Shown one piece after another: positions 28,078-37,664 of a stretch of DNA of 64,000 bases. The stretch is from the NCBI GenBank assembly GCA_963711565.1, contig CAVQEQ010000001.1, positions 256,001 to 320,000 on the forward strand, read 5' to 3'. How positions within the stretch are numbered: the stretch's first letter is position 1; each line of letters starts with the position of its first letter. The DNA comes from an uncultured delta proteobacterium (lineage in GTDB: Bacteria > Desulfobacterota > Binatia > Binatales > Binataceae). Made by a program: the position numbers and the translations under genes. The notes below the pieces were generated by a model that saw only the letters and a program-made list of their open reading frames with translations, searched no databases and was not told where the DNA came from.

Positions 28078-29301
28078 ATGCAAAGTGTTGCTGAAATTGA
28101 AGCTAGTCCGGAAGTGCAGAATTTGCGCAATCGCGTGTCCGGTTTCTTGAACGAACTGATCTATCCGAATGAGAAGATTCTTGAGAAAGGCGGCGAGGAA
28201 GCGTCGCGCACCTTCAAAGCGATCCAGGCCGAGGCGAAGAAGCGCGGGCTGTGGGCGCTCGGGCTGCCGAAAGAAATCGGCGGCGGCGGACTCGAGTTCA
28301 TGCCCTACGTGTTCGTCAATGAGATCGTCGGGCGCAGCGAGTATGCGATCGCCGGGCTGGGCACGCATTCCGCGCAGGACGCCACCATGCTGCATCTGTA
28401 CGGTAATCCCGAACAGAAAAAGCGCTGGCTCGCGCCGCTGGTCAACGGCGACATCTATCCGAGCTTCTCGATGACCGAACCCGAAGTCTCCGGCGCCGAC
28501 CCGACCGGGCTGCGCACGCGCGCTGTGCAGGACGGCGACGAATGGGTAATCAACGGGCACAAGTGGTTCACCAGCGGCGCCAACGTCGCGGCGTTCTCGA
28601 CCGTGATGTGCGTGACGGAGCCCGACGCGCCCGCGCACGAGCGCTTCAGCATGATCGTCGTGCCGACGGACACCAAGGGCTACCAGATCGTGCGTATTGT
28701 GCCGGTGATGGGCGAGACGTCGGGCGGGCATTGCGAGATCAAATACACCGACGTGCGCGTGCCGCTGACGAACCTCCTCGGGCCGCGCGGCCAGGCGTTC
28801 ACGATCGCACAGAAGCGGCTCGGCCCCGGCCGTATCTACCATTGCATGCGATGGCTGGGGCAGGCGCAGAGGGCGTTCGAGCTGATGATCGATCGGGCGA
28901 TCAATCGGCAGGCCTTCGGCGGGCCGCTGTCCGACAAGCAGACGATTCAGAACTGGATTGCCGACTCGGCCGCCGAGATCCAGGCCGCGCGCCTGCTGAC
29001 GCTCAACGCGGCGGCGAAGATCGATGCGGGCGACGAGGCGCGCGTCGAGATCTCACTGATCAAATTTTTCGGCGCGAAGGTGCTGCACGACGTGATCGAT
29101 CGCGCCATCCAGGTGCACGGTGCGATGGGCGTGTCGGAGGACACGCCGCTGGCGCGGATGTACCGTCATGCGCGCTTCGCACGGATTTACGACGGTCCCG
29201 ACGAGGTGCATCGGATGGTGGTGTCGCGGCGAATCGTCAGCGAGTTCAAGAAGGGCCGCAAGTGGGACTTCGGCCGCGGCATCAGGAGGAACGGAAGATA
29301 A
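28078..29301 (+). CDS. Acyl-CoA dehydrogenase
   Basis: FSMTEP, INGHKWF, RLGPGRI, IQVHG..G, RIYDGPDEVH. Confidence 0.93.
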   Translation: MQSVAEIEASPEVQNLRNRVSGFLNELIYPNEKILEKGGEEASRTFKAIQAEAKKRGLWALGLPKEIGGGGLEFMPYVFVNEIVGRSEYAIAGLGTHSAQDATMLHLYGNPEQKKRWLAPLVNGDIYPSFSMTEPEVSGADPTGLRTRAVQDGDEWVINGHKWFTSGANVAAFSTVMCVTEPDAPAHERFSMIVVPTDTKGYQIVRIVPVMGETSGGHCEIKYTDVRVPLTNLLGPRGQAFTIAQKRLGPGRIYHCMRWLGQAQRAFELMIDRAINRQAFGGPLSDKQTIQNWIADSAAEIQAARLLTLNAAAKIDAGDEARVEISLIKFFGAKVLHDVIDRAIQVHGAMGVSEDTPLARMYRHARFARIYDGPDEVHRMVVSRRIVSEFKKGRKWDFGRGIRRNGR

Positions 29302-29305
29302 TCAC

Positions 29306-29344
29306 CTGCGCGGTGGGCGGCAGGGGTGACCCCTGCACCCGGTG
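29306..29344 (-). repeat. Repeat family A, short subtype
   Basis: Reverse complement of the 5130 copy. Confidence 0.8.
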
Positions 29345-29440
29345 AAAGAAAAGACGCGAAATCCGCGCAGCGCGGCTTCCGCGAGAGTAATTTTGGCGGC
29401 GACCCCCGTACGGAGGCCTCTGCACAACTGCGCCGCGCAT

Positions 29441-29545
29441 CTTCCCCTCTCCCAGAATGGGAGAGGATCGAAGAGCCTGCCCTGAGCCTGCCGAAGGGTG
29501 AGGATCCTTATTCAGCGCGCTCTTTTGCGCGCGATTCAAGATTCT
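29441..29545. repeat. Repeat family B (CCTCTCCC..GGGAGAGG) with nested CCTGAGCCTGCCGAAGG insert
   Basis: Aligns with reverse complement of 41515-41596 apart from a ~23-bp insert. Confidence 0.75.
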
Positions 29546-29606
29546 GCTTTCTGCCTGGGTGTCTCCACCGAGGTTTTGCAAAGGTCTCGCACGGGGAACA
29601 AAATCG

Positions 29607-30171
<565 letters not shown>

Positions 30172-30297
30172 AAGTCTGCTCCCGGTCGCGCGGGTCACAT
30201 GCCGGCCCGGGCTTCCATCCCCAATAACCATTCTCCCAAGATGGAGAAGGTTCAAGACCCCCAATTCGCGCACGCCGCGGACGGTTCCACTCGGCGC

Positions 30298-30696
30298 CTA
30301 CTTGCTGAAGAAAACCTCGCGCGCGTGATTGGTATCGTTATACTCGCGGACTTCGGCAATCTTGTCGCCGTCGAAGCGGATATCGAAGTGGTAGCGATTG
30401 TTATATTTCTTGCCGTTCGCCGCGACGGTATTCGATTCCGCCTGAACTGCGCATCGATCGCCTTCGCAAATGATGGTCTCGATTTTCAAGCCAAGTCCGC
30501 CGGGCATCATCGCCTTGATGATTTTCGCGAGATTGCGCAGCCCATCATGCCCCTTGACCGGCGGCATGCCTTCCATCCGGGTCATAACCTTCCACTCGAA
30601 GTCATTGGCGACCATTGTGGCGAGCCGCACCGGATCGGGGTCTTCAAACTCGCTGAGAAAATCTGCGGCTAATTCCTTTTTTTCCGCTGATGTCAT
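30298..30696 (-). CDS. SnoaL/NTF2-like protein
   Basis: EGDR, NGKKYNNRYH, GDKI..VREY.DT. Confidence 0.85.
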   Translation of the reverse strand: MTSAEKKELAADFLSEFEDPDPVRLATMVANDFEWKVMTRMEGMPPVKGHDGLRNLAKIIKAMMPGGLGLKIETIICEGDRCAVQAESNTVAANGKKYNNRYHFDIRFDGDKIAEVREYNDTNHAREVFFSK

Positions 30697-30906
30697 GGCG
30701 TCGCTCCTCGCAGGCTACTCTACAGATACCTAATCCATCCCGCAGGATTGCGCCAACCTCCAGCGCCAAGGGTGAACGCAAGCGCGATGCCAACGGGCAC
30801 CGGTCATTGCGATACGCATTGCCGCATCACAATTTTTCAAGGCGACGCCCTGCGGAGCTAACTCGGTGCTTAACTGGCGGGCGTCCGATTAATCGACAGG
30901 CACCTG

Positions 30907-31518
30907 CTAGGATGCCGCGGTCGGGGGGCTGGCGCGCTTGAGCTGGAACGTCGGCTCCTCGCCGCGGGACAGGCGCTGGATATTCTCGCGAAAGCGAAAC
31001 AGCACGAGCGCCGTCATCAGAATCGCGAGCAGCAAATAATGATGGGGCAAACCGAGAATCGCGACTGCGGGCGGCAATACGATCGCCGCGCCGATCGATG
31101 CCAGCGACACGATTCGGCTGATCGCGACGACCACGATAAACGCCGCGAGCGCGCACACGATTACCATCGGCGAGATCGCGAGCCAGATTCCCAGCCCGGC
31201 AGCGATCCCCTTGCCGCCGCGAAAGCCGAGGAACACCGAGCAGATCGCGCCGATAAACGCCGCCAGACCGACCCACGCGATAGCCGCGGCGGGAAGCCCG
31301 GCCGCGCGCGCGATCAGCACGGGAATCGCGCCCTTGAGCGCGTCGCCAACCAGAGTAATTGCGGCAGCGCTCATCCCGCCTGCCCGAACAACGTTGGTCG
31401 CCCCTATGTTGTGGGAGCCGACCGCGCGCGGATCGAAGCCGCGGATGCGGCCGACGATCACGCCAGTCGGAATCGAGCCGATAAGATACGCGACGAGGAT
31501 CAGCAGTACTTCGATCAT
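30907..31518 (-). CDS. plsY: Glycerol-3-phosphate acyltransferase PlsY
   Basis: YLIGSIP, GSHNIGATN, DALKG, FRGGKG, NIQRL..GEE. Confidence 0.93.
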   Translation of the reverse strand: MIEVLLILVAYLIGSIPTGVIVGRIRGFDPRAVGSHNIGATNVVRAGGMSAAAITLVGDALKGAIPVLIARAAGLPAAAIAWVGLAAFIGAICSVFLGFRGGKGIAAGLGIWLAISPMVIVCALAAFIVVVAISRIVSLASIGAAIVLPPAVAILGLPHHYLLLAILMTALVLFRFRENIQRLSRGEEPTFQLKRASPPTAAS

Positions 31519-31543
31519 AGATGGAATCGCTCCGCGGTTACGA

Positions 31544-31622
31544 AACCAGAACCGGCTTCACTGGCGTGAAGCTGTCCGAGATCCTTCCTGCCGCTCGCGG
31601 TGCTCGCTTCGTCAGGATGACA
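31544..31622 (-). repeat. Repeat family C (TGTCATCCTGACG...GGACAGCTTC..GAAGCCGG)
   Basis: Reverse complement aligns with 32688 and 33130 copies. Confidence 0.8.
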
Positions 31623-31665
31623 ACTGGCACCGACGTTTCTGAGGATATTCAATTGAGAGAAAAGA

Positions 31666-31740
31666 TCGGGGTGACTGGATTTGAACCAGCGACTCCTGCG
31701 TCCCGAACGCAGTGCTCTGGCCAGGCTGAGCTACACCCCG
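31666..31740 (-). tRNA. tRNA-Pro(CGG), CCA not encoded
   Basis: CGGGGTG/CACCCCG acceptor stem, CTGCG-TTCGGGA-CGCAG anticodon arm, GGTTCAAATCC T-arm. Confidence 0.95.
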
Positions 31741-31839
31741 TCTCCGGTTGCGAGTGATCGGGAAGGTACAGACGAGTGTTTATAGCATTGGAGGCGATAG
31801 CGCGCGAGTGCGGCGGAATCGGGGGCGTCCGACTCCTAC

Positions 31840-31898
31840 CTCGCCCGTTCCTTTGCGGGAGAGGCGGCCGGCGGGCGCAGCCGCCGGTAGGTGAGGGT
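31840..31898. repeat. Repeat family B copy (two hairpins + GGTGAGGG)
   Basis: CCTCGCCCG..CGGGAGAGG then CCGGCGG..CCGCCGG then GGTGAGGG. Confidence 0.65.
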
Positions 31899-31942
31899 TC
31901 CGCGGATCCACCCGCAGCTCCAGTCGAAGCACCCTTCTCTCT

Positions 31943-32638
31943 TCAAAGTTTCACGGGCGTGCGCGCGAGCACATCGCGCATCTCGCCCATGATTGTCGTG
32001 TAGTCGGGCTTGCCGAAGATTCCTGAACCTGAGACGAAGACGTTGGCGCCCGCGGCCTTTACGTCCGCGATATTGTCGAGCTTCACGCCGCCGTCGATCT
32101 CGACGTCGATGCTGAGGCCGCGACGTTTCAACTCGCGCCGGATGTAGCGCAGCTTGTCGAGCGCGGCAGGGATGAACTCCTGGCCGCCGAAGCCCGGATG
32201 CACGCTCATCACGAGGATCATGTCGAGATGCTCGGCGAAGGGCAGCACCTTGTCAGCGTCGGTCTCGGGATTTATTCCGATCGACGCGCGTGCGCCGAGG
32301 TCACGGATGCGCTTGGCTATCGCGGGGATGTCGGGGCAGACCTCGCAATGCACCGAGATTGAATTCGCGCCGGCCTTCACGAACGCTTCGACGTAGCGCG
32401 CCGGCTCGGAGATCATCAGGTGCGCGTCGAGCGGGAGCCTAGTGACCTTGCGCACCGACTCGAGCACCGGGATTCCAATCGAGAGATTCGGCACGAAGTG
32501 CCCGTCCATCACGTCGAAATGAATCATGTCGGCGCCGGCCTTCTCGACCGCGCGAATCTCGTCGCCGAGCCGGGCGAAGTCGGCGGACAGAATCGAGGGG
32601 GCGATTTTGTCGTGGAGATCTTCGGCCGGAAGAGCCAT
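31943..32638 (-). CDS. rpe: Ribulose-phosphate 3-epimerase
   Basis: IAPSILSADF, HFDVMDGHFVPN, MSVHPGFGGQ, IDGG. Confidence 0.96.
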   Translation of the reverse strand: MALPAEDLHDKIAPSILSADFARLGDEIRAVEKAGADMIHFDVMDGHFVPNLSIGIPVLESVRKVTRLPLDAHLMISEPARYVEAFVKAGANSISVHCEVCPDIPAIAKRIRDLGARASIGINPETDADKVLPFAEHLDMILVMSVHPGFGGQEFIPAALDKLRYIRRELKRRGLSIDVEIDGGVKLDNIADVKAAGANVFVSGSGIFGKPDYTTIMGEMRDVLARTPVKL

Positions 32639-32687
32639 ACGCAGAGAGATTAGCCGCAGCGCGAAACGATTGCGACTCGGTCCTATC

Positions 32688-32796
32688 TGTCACCCTGACG
32701 ACGCGAGCATCGTGAGGGGAGGAACGGGCCTCGGACAGCTTCGCGCGACGCGAAGCCGGTACCGGTCTTCTTAATTAGCGCGTCGCGCGCGCTCCA
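32688..32796 (+). repeat. Repeat family C, left flank of higA
   Basis: Direct repeat of 33130-33233. Confidence 0.8.
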
Positions 32797-32800
32797 CCTT

Positions 32801-33115
32801 CTACGATGCGCGCCGTGCCTGACGCTGCACAGCTCGATGCAGACCCCAATCAGCCTGCAGTCGCATCCACAATTGCGCCGAGGTCTTGAGGAAGCGCCCC
32901 AATCGAAGCGCGGTATCGGCGGTGATAGCGCGTTTGCCGAGGACAATCTCGTTCAAGCGGTTGAGCGAGATGCCAAGGCGGCGGGCAGCCTCGACCTGTC
33001 CGAGGCCGAGCGGCTTGAGATATTCCTCCAGCAGAATCTCGCCGGGCGCAACCGCCGGACCCGGCCAATCCGGCTGTTTAGTGATAGTCTTCGACGCCGA
33101 CTTCTTCATAGGCAT
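32801..33115 (-). CDS. higA: HigA/VapI-family antitoxin (orphan)
   Basis: PGEILLEEYLKPLG, GKRAITADTALRL, W.RLQ. Confidence 0.9.
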   Translation of the reverse strand: MPMKKSASKTITKQPDWPGPAVAPGEILLEEYLKPLGLGQVEAARRLGISLNRLNEIVLGKRAITADTALRLGRFLKTSAQLWMRLQADWGLHRAVQRQARRAS

Positions 33116-33129
33116 ATCCGTTCTGGTTG

Positions 33130-33233
33130 TGTCATCCTGACGACCCGAGCATCGCGAGGGGAGGAAGGACCACGGACAGCTTCGCGCCAGCGAAGCCGGT
33201 ACCGGTTCCTATTCGCGCGTTTCGCGCGCTCCA
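33130..33233 (+). repeat. Repeat family C, right flank of higA
   Basis: Direct repeat of 32688-32796. Confidence 0.8.
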
Positions 33234-33246
33234 TTTGCCGAGAATA

Positions 33247-33789
33247 CTAGCCGATTCTCACCCTATACAGCGCCATCAGGTCGGTCACTCCCGGATCGTG
33301 GCCCAGTTGACTCAGCACCGTCATGATTTGTCCGCGATGGTGCGTCTGATGGTTGAAAAAATGCGTCACTGCAATCCACATCGGCACGCGATAGCGGCCG
33401 ACCGCCGACATCGCGTCGTAGACCAGGTCGCGCGCGAGGAACTCGGCCGTGATTTCGGTCGTCGTCCACGCTTCGATCGTGGCGTCGGTCTTCTCGCGCT
33501 CGCGGCGCAGCGTCACGAAATTCGCGTATAGTTCCTGATCGAGCGAGCGAATCTCGATCAGGCACCCGCTCTCATCGAGGGATTGCGTGCGATCCGCGCC
33601 GACAAACCGTCCCAGCTGCACGCGATCCGTCAGCAGCAGATGGTTCAGCGTGCGATGAATCGAGCCGAAGAACGCGTGGAGGTCGCGCTTGCGCTCCTCG
33701 TCGGTGAGCGAAGCGCAGGTGTCGTAGATGCTGCGGTTCATCCACGTGTTGTACTGGGCCATCGTCTTGAACTGAGTAATCAGGTCCAT
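33247..33789 (-). CDS. DinB/YfiT-family protein
   Basis: YNTWMN, FFGSIHRTLNHL, HFFNHQTHHRGQ. Confidence 0.9.
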   Translation of the reverse strand: MDLITQFKTMAQYNTWMNRSIYDTCASLTDEERKRDLHAFFGSIHRTLNHLLLTDRVQLGRFVGADRTQSLDESGCLIEIRSLDQELYANFVTLRREREKTDATIEAWTTTEITAEFLARDLVYDAMSAVGRYRVPMWIAVTHFFNHQTHHRGQIMTVLSQLGHDPGVTDLMALYRVRIG

Positions 33790-33796
33790 CGCAATC

Positions 33797-35182
33797 TCAT
33801 TTTCGAATAAGGCGCGCGGCAAAGAATCCGTCCAGCCCGCCAACGTCCGGCCGCGTTTTCATGAAGCCGCGCGCGTCGATCACGTCCTTCAATTCGCCGG
33901 CCGCGACGCCGCGATCGATCGCGAAATCGCTGTGACTCGCGAGAAATGAATCGACGACGCCGTCGCCCTCTTCGGGCGCGATACTGCAAACCGAATACAC
34001 GATCGCGCCGCCTCGACGCACGAGCGCCGCGGCATTGTCGAGCATTCGCGATTGTATCGCGGCCATTCGCGCCGGGTCGGCCGGCTTCAGCCGCCACTTT
34101 ATTTCCGGATGCTCGCGCAGTGTGCCGAGTCCCGTGCATGGCGCGTCGAGGAGCACGTACTCGACACTCGACGGCGCAAGCGGCGCGGCATTCGTCAAAT
34201 CGGCGCATACAAACTCGACATTACGATGCCGCAATCTGCGCGCCAGGCCGCGCGCGTTCTTGAGGCCGTTGAAATTGAGGTCCACGGCGATCACGCGTCC
34301 GCGCTCGCCGATCATCTCCGCCAGATGCGTCGTCTTGCCGCCCGGCGCCGACGCACAATCCACGACGGTCGCGCCCGCACGCGGGGCCAGCATGCGCGCG
34401 GCCATCTGCGACGCCTCGGATTGCGCATGGAACAAGCCGTCGCGATACGCGCGCGACTCGAAATGCGGTGCGCCGTTCAGGATGAGCGTCTCGGGTGCGC
34501 GGCCAGGCGCGCCAATCTCGAAACCATCCGCGGTAAGTTTCTCGATTATTTCAGCGCGAGAGCCGTGCGCGAGATTTAGCCTGATGACGTTGGGCGCGGC
34601 GTCGTTGTTCGCTGTCATCAGGCGCTCGGCGTTCGGGACGCCGAACCAATCGACGAATCGCTCGACCATCCAGGGCGGATGCGAATACGCAACGGCGAGA
34701 AGGCTCTTCTCGTTTGGCTCGCGCGGCGGCATCGGCGCCGTCTCGCGCGTCGCACGGCGCATGACGGCGTTGATGAAGCCCGACGCCTTGCGCGCCTCGG
34801 GAATACGCTTGGCAATACTGACCGCGGTATCCACCACCGCATGCTGCGGGATGCGGTCGAGAAATCGAAGCTGAAAAAGCCCCATCCGCATGATCGCTAG
34901 CGCCGCGGACTGAATCCCGTCGAGCTTGCGCCCCGTCAGATGCTTCAACTCGTAATCGACGCGGCCCTGCCACGCGAGAGTTCCCAGCACCAGCCGCGTA
35001 ATGAGCCGGCGGTCGGCAAGCGCGAAATCAGGAAGCCTCACGCCGAGCAGAACGTCAGCGTAGCCGGATTCCTGATCGACGCGATAGAGAATTTCGACCG
35101 CTGCCAGCCGCGACGCGAGGCCTTCGTCGGGCCGCGCGCTCGATCGCGCGGCAAGCTTCACTTTTGCGCGCTCCTCGCTCAT
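33797..35182 (-). CDS. rsmB: 16S rRNA m5C967 methyltransferase
   Basis: NusB-like N-terminus, CASAPGGKT, DAPCTGLG, YSVCS, DGFF. Confidence 0.93.
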   Translation of the reverse strand: MSEERAKVKLAARSSARPDEGLASRLAAVEILYRVDQESGYADVLLGVRLPDFALADRRLITRLVLGTLAWQGRVDYELKHLTGRKLDGIQSAALAIMRMGLFQLRFLDRIPQHAVVDTAVSIAKRIPEARKASGFINAVMRRATRETAPMPPREPNEKSLLAVAYSHPPWMVERFVDWFGVPNAERLMTANNDAAPNVIRLNLAHGSRAEIIEKLTADGFEIGAPGRAPETLILNGAPHFESRAYRDGLFHAQSEASQMAARMLAPRAGATVVDCASAPGGKTTHLAEMIGERGRVIAVDLNFNGLKNARGLARRLRHRNVEFVCADLTNAAPLAPSSVEYVLLDAPCTGLGTLREHPEIKWRLKPADPARMAAIQSRMLDNAAALVRRGGAIVYSVCSIAPEEGDGVVDSFLASHSDFAIDRGVAAGELKDVIDARGFMKTRPDVGGLDGFFAARLIRK

Positions 35183-36147
35183 GGGCCGAATCGCGCTCCG
35201 GCTTCGATGCGTTTACCGCGCAGGAAATCCGCCGCGGACATTCTCTTTCGACCCGGCGCTTGCACTTCGACGAGCCTGAGTCGTCCGGTTCCACACTGGA
35301 CGATGGGATACGGCTTGACGCTCACGATTGCGCCGGGCGGGCACGGCGGCCCGCCCCACTTAGTCTGAGATTCATCTTCGACCGCCGCGCGCCAGATAAG
35401 AACTTCGTCGGCACCGAGGCGCGTGCGCGCCACCGGCCATGGATCGTATGCGCGCGTCATCCGCTCGATCTGCGCGGCGCTCGCGGTCCAGTCGATCACC
35501 GCATCCTTCTTTTCGACTTGCGCGGTGTAGGTCGCGAGCGCTTCGTCCTGCGGCGTTTCGACCAGTGCGCCGCGGGCCGCGAGATCGATCACCTCGAGCG
35601 ATGCGGACGCGCCAAGCTCCGCGAGCTTTTCCTTCAACGTACCCTGCGTGTCGTTCGGCTCAATCGGAAGCTTGCACTGGAAGTACATCGGGCAGGCGTC
35701 CATCCGCTCGACGATCCGCATGATCGTGACGCCGGTCTCGGCGTCGCCCGCGAGGATCGCGCCCTCGATCGGAGCGGCGCCACGATGCCGCGGCAACAAC
35801 GATGCGTGCACGTTTATCGGCGCGATGCGGGGAACGTCGAGAATCCGGGCCGGCAGAATTCGTCCATAAGCCGCCACCAGCAGGATATCGGGATCGAATT
35901 CTTCCATCTCGCTGAGGAACGACCACGTCCGAATTTTGAGCGGCTTCAGCGTCGGTATCCCATGTTTCGCTGCGACTGCTCCGACTTCGCTCGGCTCCAT
36001 TCCGAGTCCGCGACCGCGTGGCTGGTCGGGACGCGTGACGACTCCGACTACGCGGAAATTGGCTCCTGAAGCCGTCACGAGCCTTTCTAAAATATGAGCC
36101 GCCAACGCGGGCGTGCCCATGAAGACGATCTTTAGTGGGTCGGCGAT
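35179..36147 (-). CDS. fmt: Methionyl-tRNA formyltransferase (probable ATC start at 36147; first ATG at 36120)
   Basis: KIVFMGTP, PD.PRGRG, NVHASLLP.HRGAAP, LVEVQAPGRKRM. Confidence 0.93.
   Translation of the reverse strand: MADPLKIVFMGTPALAAHILERLVTASGANFRVVGVVTRPDQPRGRGLGMEPSEVGAVAAKHGIPTLKPLKIRTWSFLSEMEEFDPDILLVAAYGRILPARILDVPRIAPINVHASLLPRHRGAAPIEGAILAGDAETGVTIMRIVERMDACPMYFQCKLPIEPNDTQGTLKEKLAELGASASLEVIDLAARGALVETPQDEALATYTAQVEKKDAVIDWTASAAQIERMTRAYDPWPVARTRLGADEVLIWRAAVEDESQTKWGGPPCPPGAIVSVKPYPIVQCGTGRLRLVEVQAPGRKRMSAADFLRGKRIEAGARFGP
35336..35359 (-). repeat. REP-like 24-mer inside fmt
   Basis: Identical to 14293 and 47325 copies; encodes WGGPPCP. Confidence 0.85.
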
Positions 36148-36148
36148 T

Positions 36149-36691
36149 TTAGATCCGCACCGTGGAGGGTCGCGCCTCGTCGGCTTTGCCCTCCTTGATT
36201 AACTTTTTCAGTTTGCGCTTGTAGAGTTCGCGCTTGATTCGGCTGATACGATCGATGAAGAGCTTGCCGTCGAGGTGATCGATCTCATGCTGCAGCGCGA
36301 CCGCGAGCAGTTCGTCGGCTTCGATCTCGATTTCTTTTTCGTCGGGCGTCCACGCGCGCACCAGCACATGCGCCGCGCGCTCAACGTCGGCAGTGTAATC
36401 AATCACCGACAGACAACCCTCTTCCCAAACGATCTTGCCCTCAGCCTCGACCACCTTCGGATTGATGAGCTTCAGAAGATGCTTGCCGGGATTTTCGTGA
36501 TCGGTGTCGAGCACGATTATCCGCTTCGATTCTCCGACCTGCGGCGCCGCAAGACCAACGCCCGGCGCGGCGTACATCGTCTGCACCATGCTGTCGATCA
36601 ACCCTTCGACGTTGCCGTTAATATCTTTGACCGGCGCGGCCGGCTCCTTGAGCGTGTCGTCGGGAAACTTGCGGATTTTCAGCAGCGCCAT
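36149..36691 (-). CDS. def: Peptide deformylase
   Basis: GVGLAAPQ, EGCLS, QHEIDHL. Confidence 0.96.
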   Translation of the reverse strand: MALLKIRKFPDDTLKEPAAPVKDINGNVEGLIDSMVQTMYAAPGVGLAAPQVGESKRIIVLDTDHENPGKHLLKLINPKVVEAEGKIVWEEGCLSVIDYTADVERAAHVLVRAWTPDEKEIEIEADELLAVALQHEIDHLDGKLFIDRISRIKRELYKRKLKKLIKEGKADEARPSTVRI

Positions 36692-36715
36692 TTCGAATAC
36701 CGATTTAGAAATCTA

Positions 36716-37660
36716 TCAAAGGGTAACTGGCGCGGCGAGTCCGAGCGGGGCGAGAAACGATTCCACCGCGCGGATGCATTCGGCGGGACGCTCGATTTGC
36801 AGAAAATGCGTCGTGCCCGGAATCGCTTCGTACGGGAGCCCAAGCTCCTCGGCCATCGCGCGCCCAATCAGCGCCGGCGGCATTACCTCGTCGAGCGTAG
36901 GATCGCCGCACACGAGTTTCACCGGCACCGGGCAATGAGCCATCTGCGGCCACAGGTCGGGATTCGCGCCACTGGAAAAAACGTGCGCCTCATATTCCCG
37001 CGGACACGCGAGAATCCAGTCGCCGGCCGCGCGGTCGTGCCGCAACGTCGCCCGCGCCATCAGCTCGTACGCGTCGGGCACCCATCGTTTGAAGCGCCGG
37101 CTGAACTGCTTCGCCAGTTCCATCGGGTCCTTGTAGCGCTCGGGACGCCGCGCCGCGCGCGAGGCGAGCGATTCCTTGTCGGATTGCTGAAGGTTGCGGA
37201 CGGGATGTCCTTCGCGCGGATAGACCGGCGGATCGAACAGCACCAGCGCGTCGAATCGCGGCCCGTACTTGAGCGCATGCATCGCGGCCGTGACGCCCGA
37301 CAGCGAATGGAACAGTCCGGCCGCGGGCTTCGCACCGAGCTCGCGATTGATCGCGTGCCATAGGATGTCCATGTCGTCAACGAAGTTTCGCCACGTATGA
37401 CCCTCGGCGGTGTGCAGCGGATTGTGGCCGTGATTGCGGAAGTCGAAGACGACGACTTCGTAGCGATCGCGGATCGGTCCCCAGAATGGAAAGTAACCGT
37501 CGATCGCAAGGCCGTTGCCGTGACTCAGCACTAGGCGCGGCGCGCCGGGGATACCGTGCTGGCGAACGCGGATCGTCGCGCCGTCGTACATCTTCACGTC
37601 GAAGGCATGGCGCGCGCGCGGCACGTGATGCGTCAGGTGATGTTCGTCAGTCTCGTTCAT
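36716..37660 (-). CDS. Alpha/beta hydrolase
   Basis: HGNG, DFRNHG, FHSLSG, HFLQIE. Confidence 0.85.
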   Translation of the reverse strand: MNETDEHHLTHHVPRARHAFDVKMYDGATIRVRQHGIPGAPRLVLSHGNGLAIDGYFPFWGPIRDRYEVVVFDFRNHGHNPLHTAEGHTWRNFVDDMDILWHAINRELGAKPAAGLFHSLSGVTAAMHALKYGPRFDALVLFDPPVYPREGHPVRNLQQSDKESLASRAARRPERYKDPMELAKQFSRRFKRWVPDAYELMARATLRHDRAAGDWILACPREYEAHVFSSGANPDLWPQMAHCPVPVKLVCGDPTLDEVMPPALIGRAMAEELGLPYEAIPGTTHFLQIERPAECIRAVESFLAPLGLAAPVTL

Positions 37661-37664
37661 TGGC

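Noticed and set aside
31666-31740. Genomic island or prophage integrated at tRNA-Pro
   Set aside because: No integrase or duplicated tRNA 3' end seen; flanked by core genes rpe and plsY.
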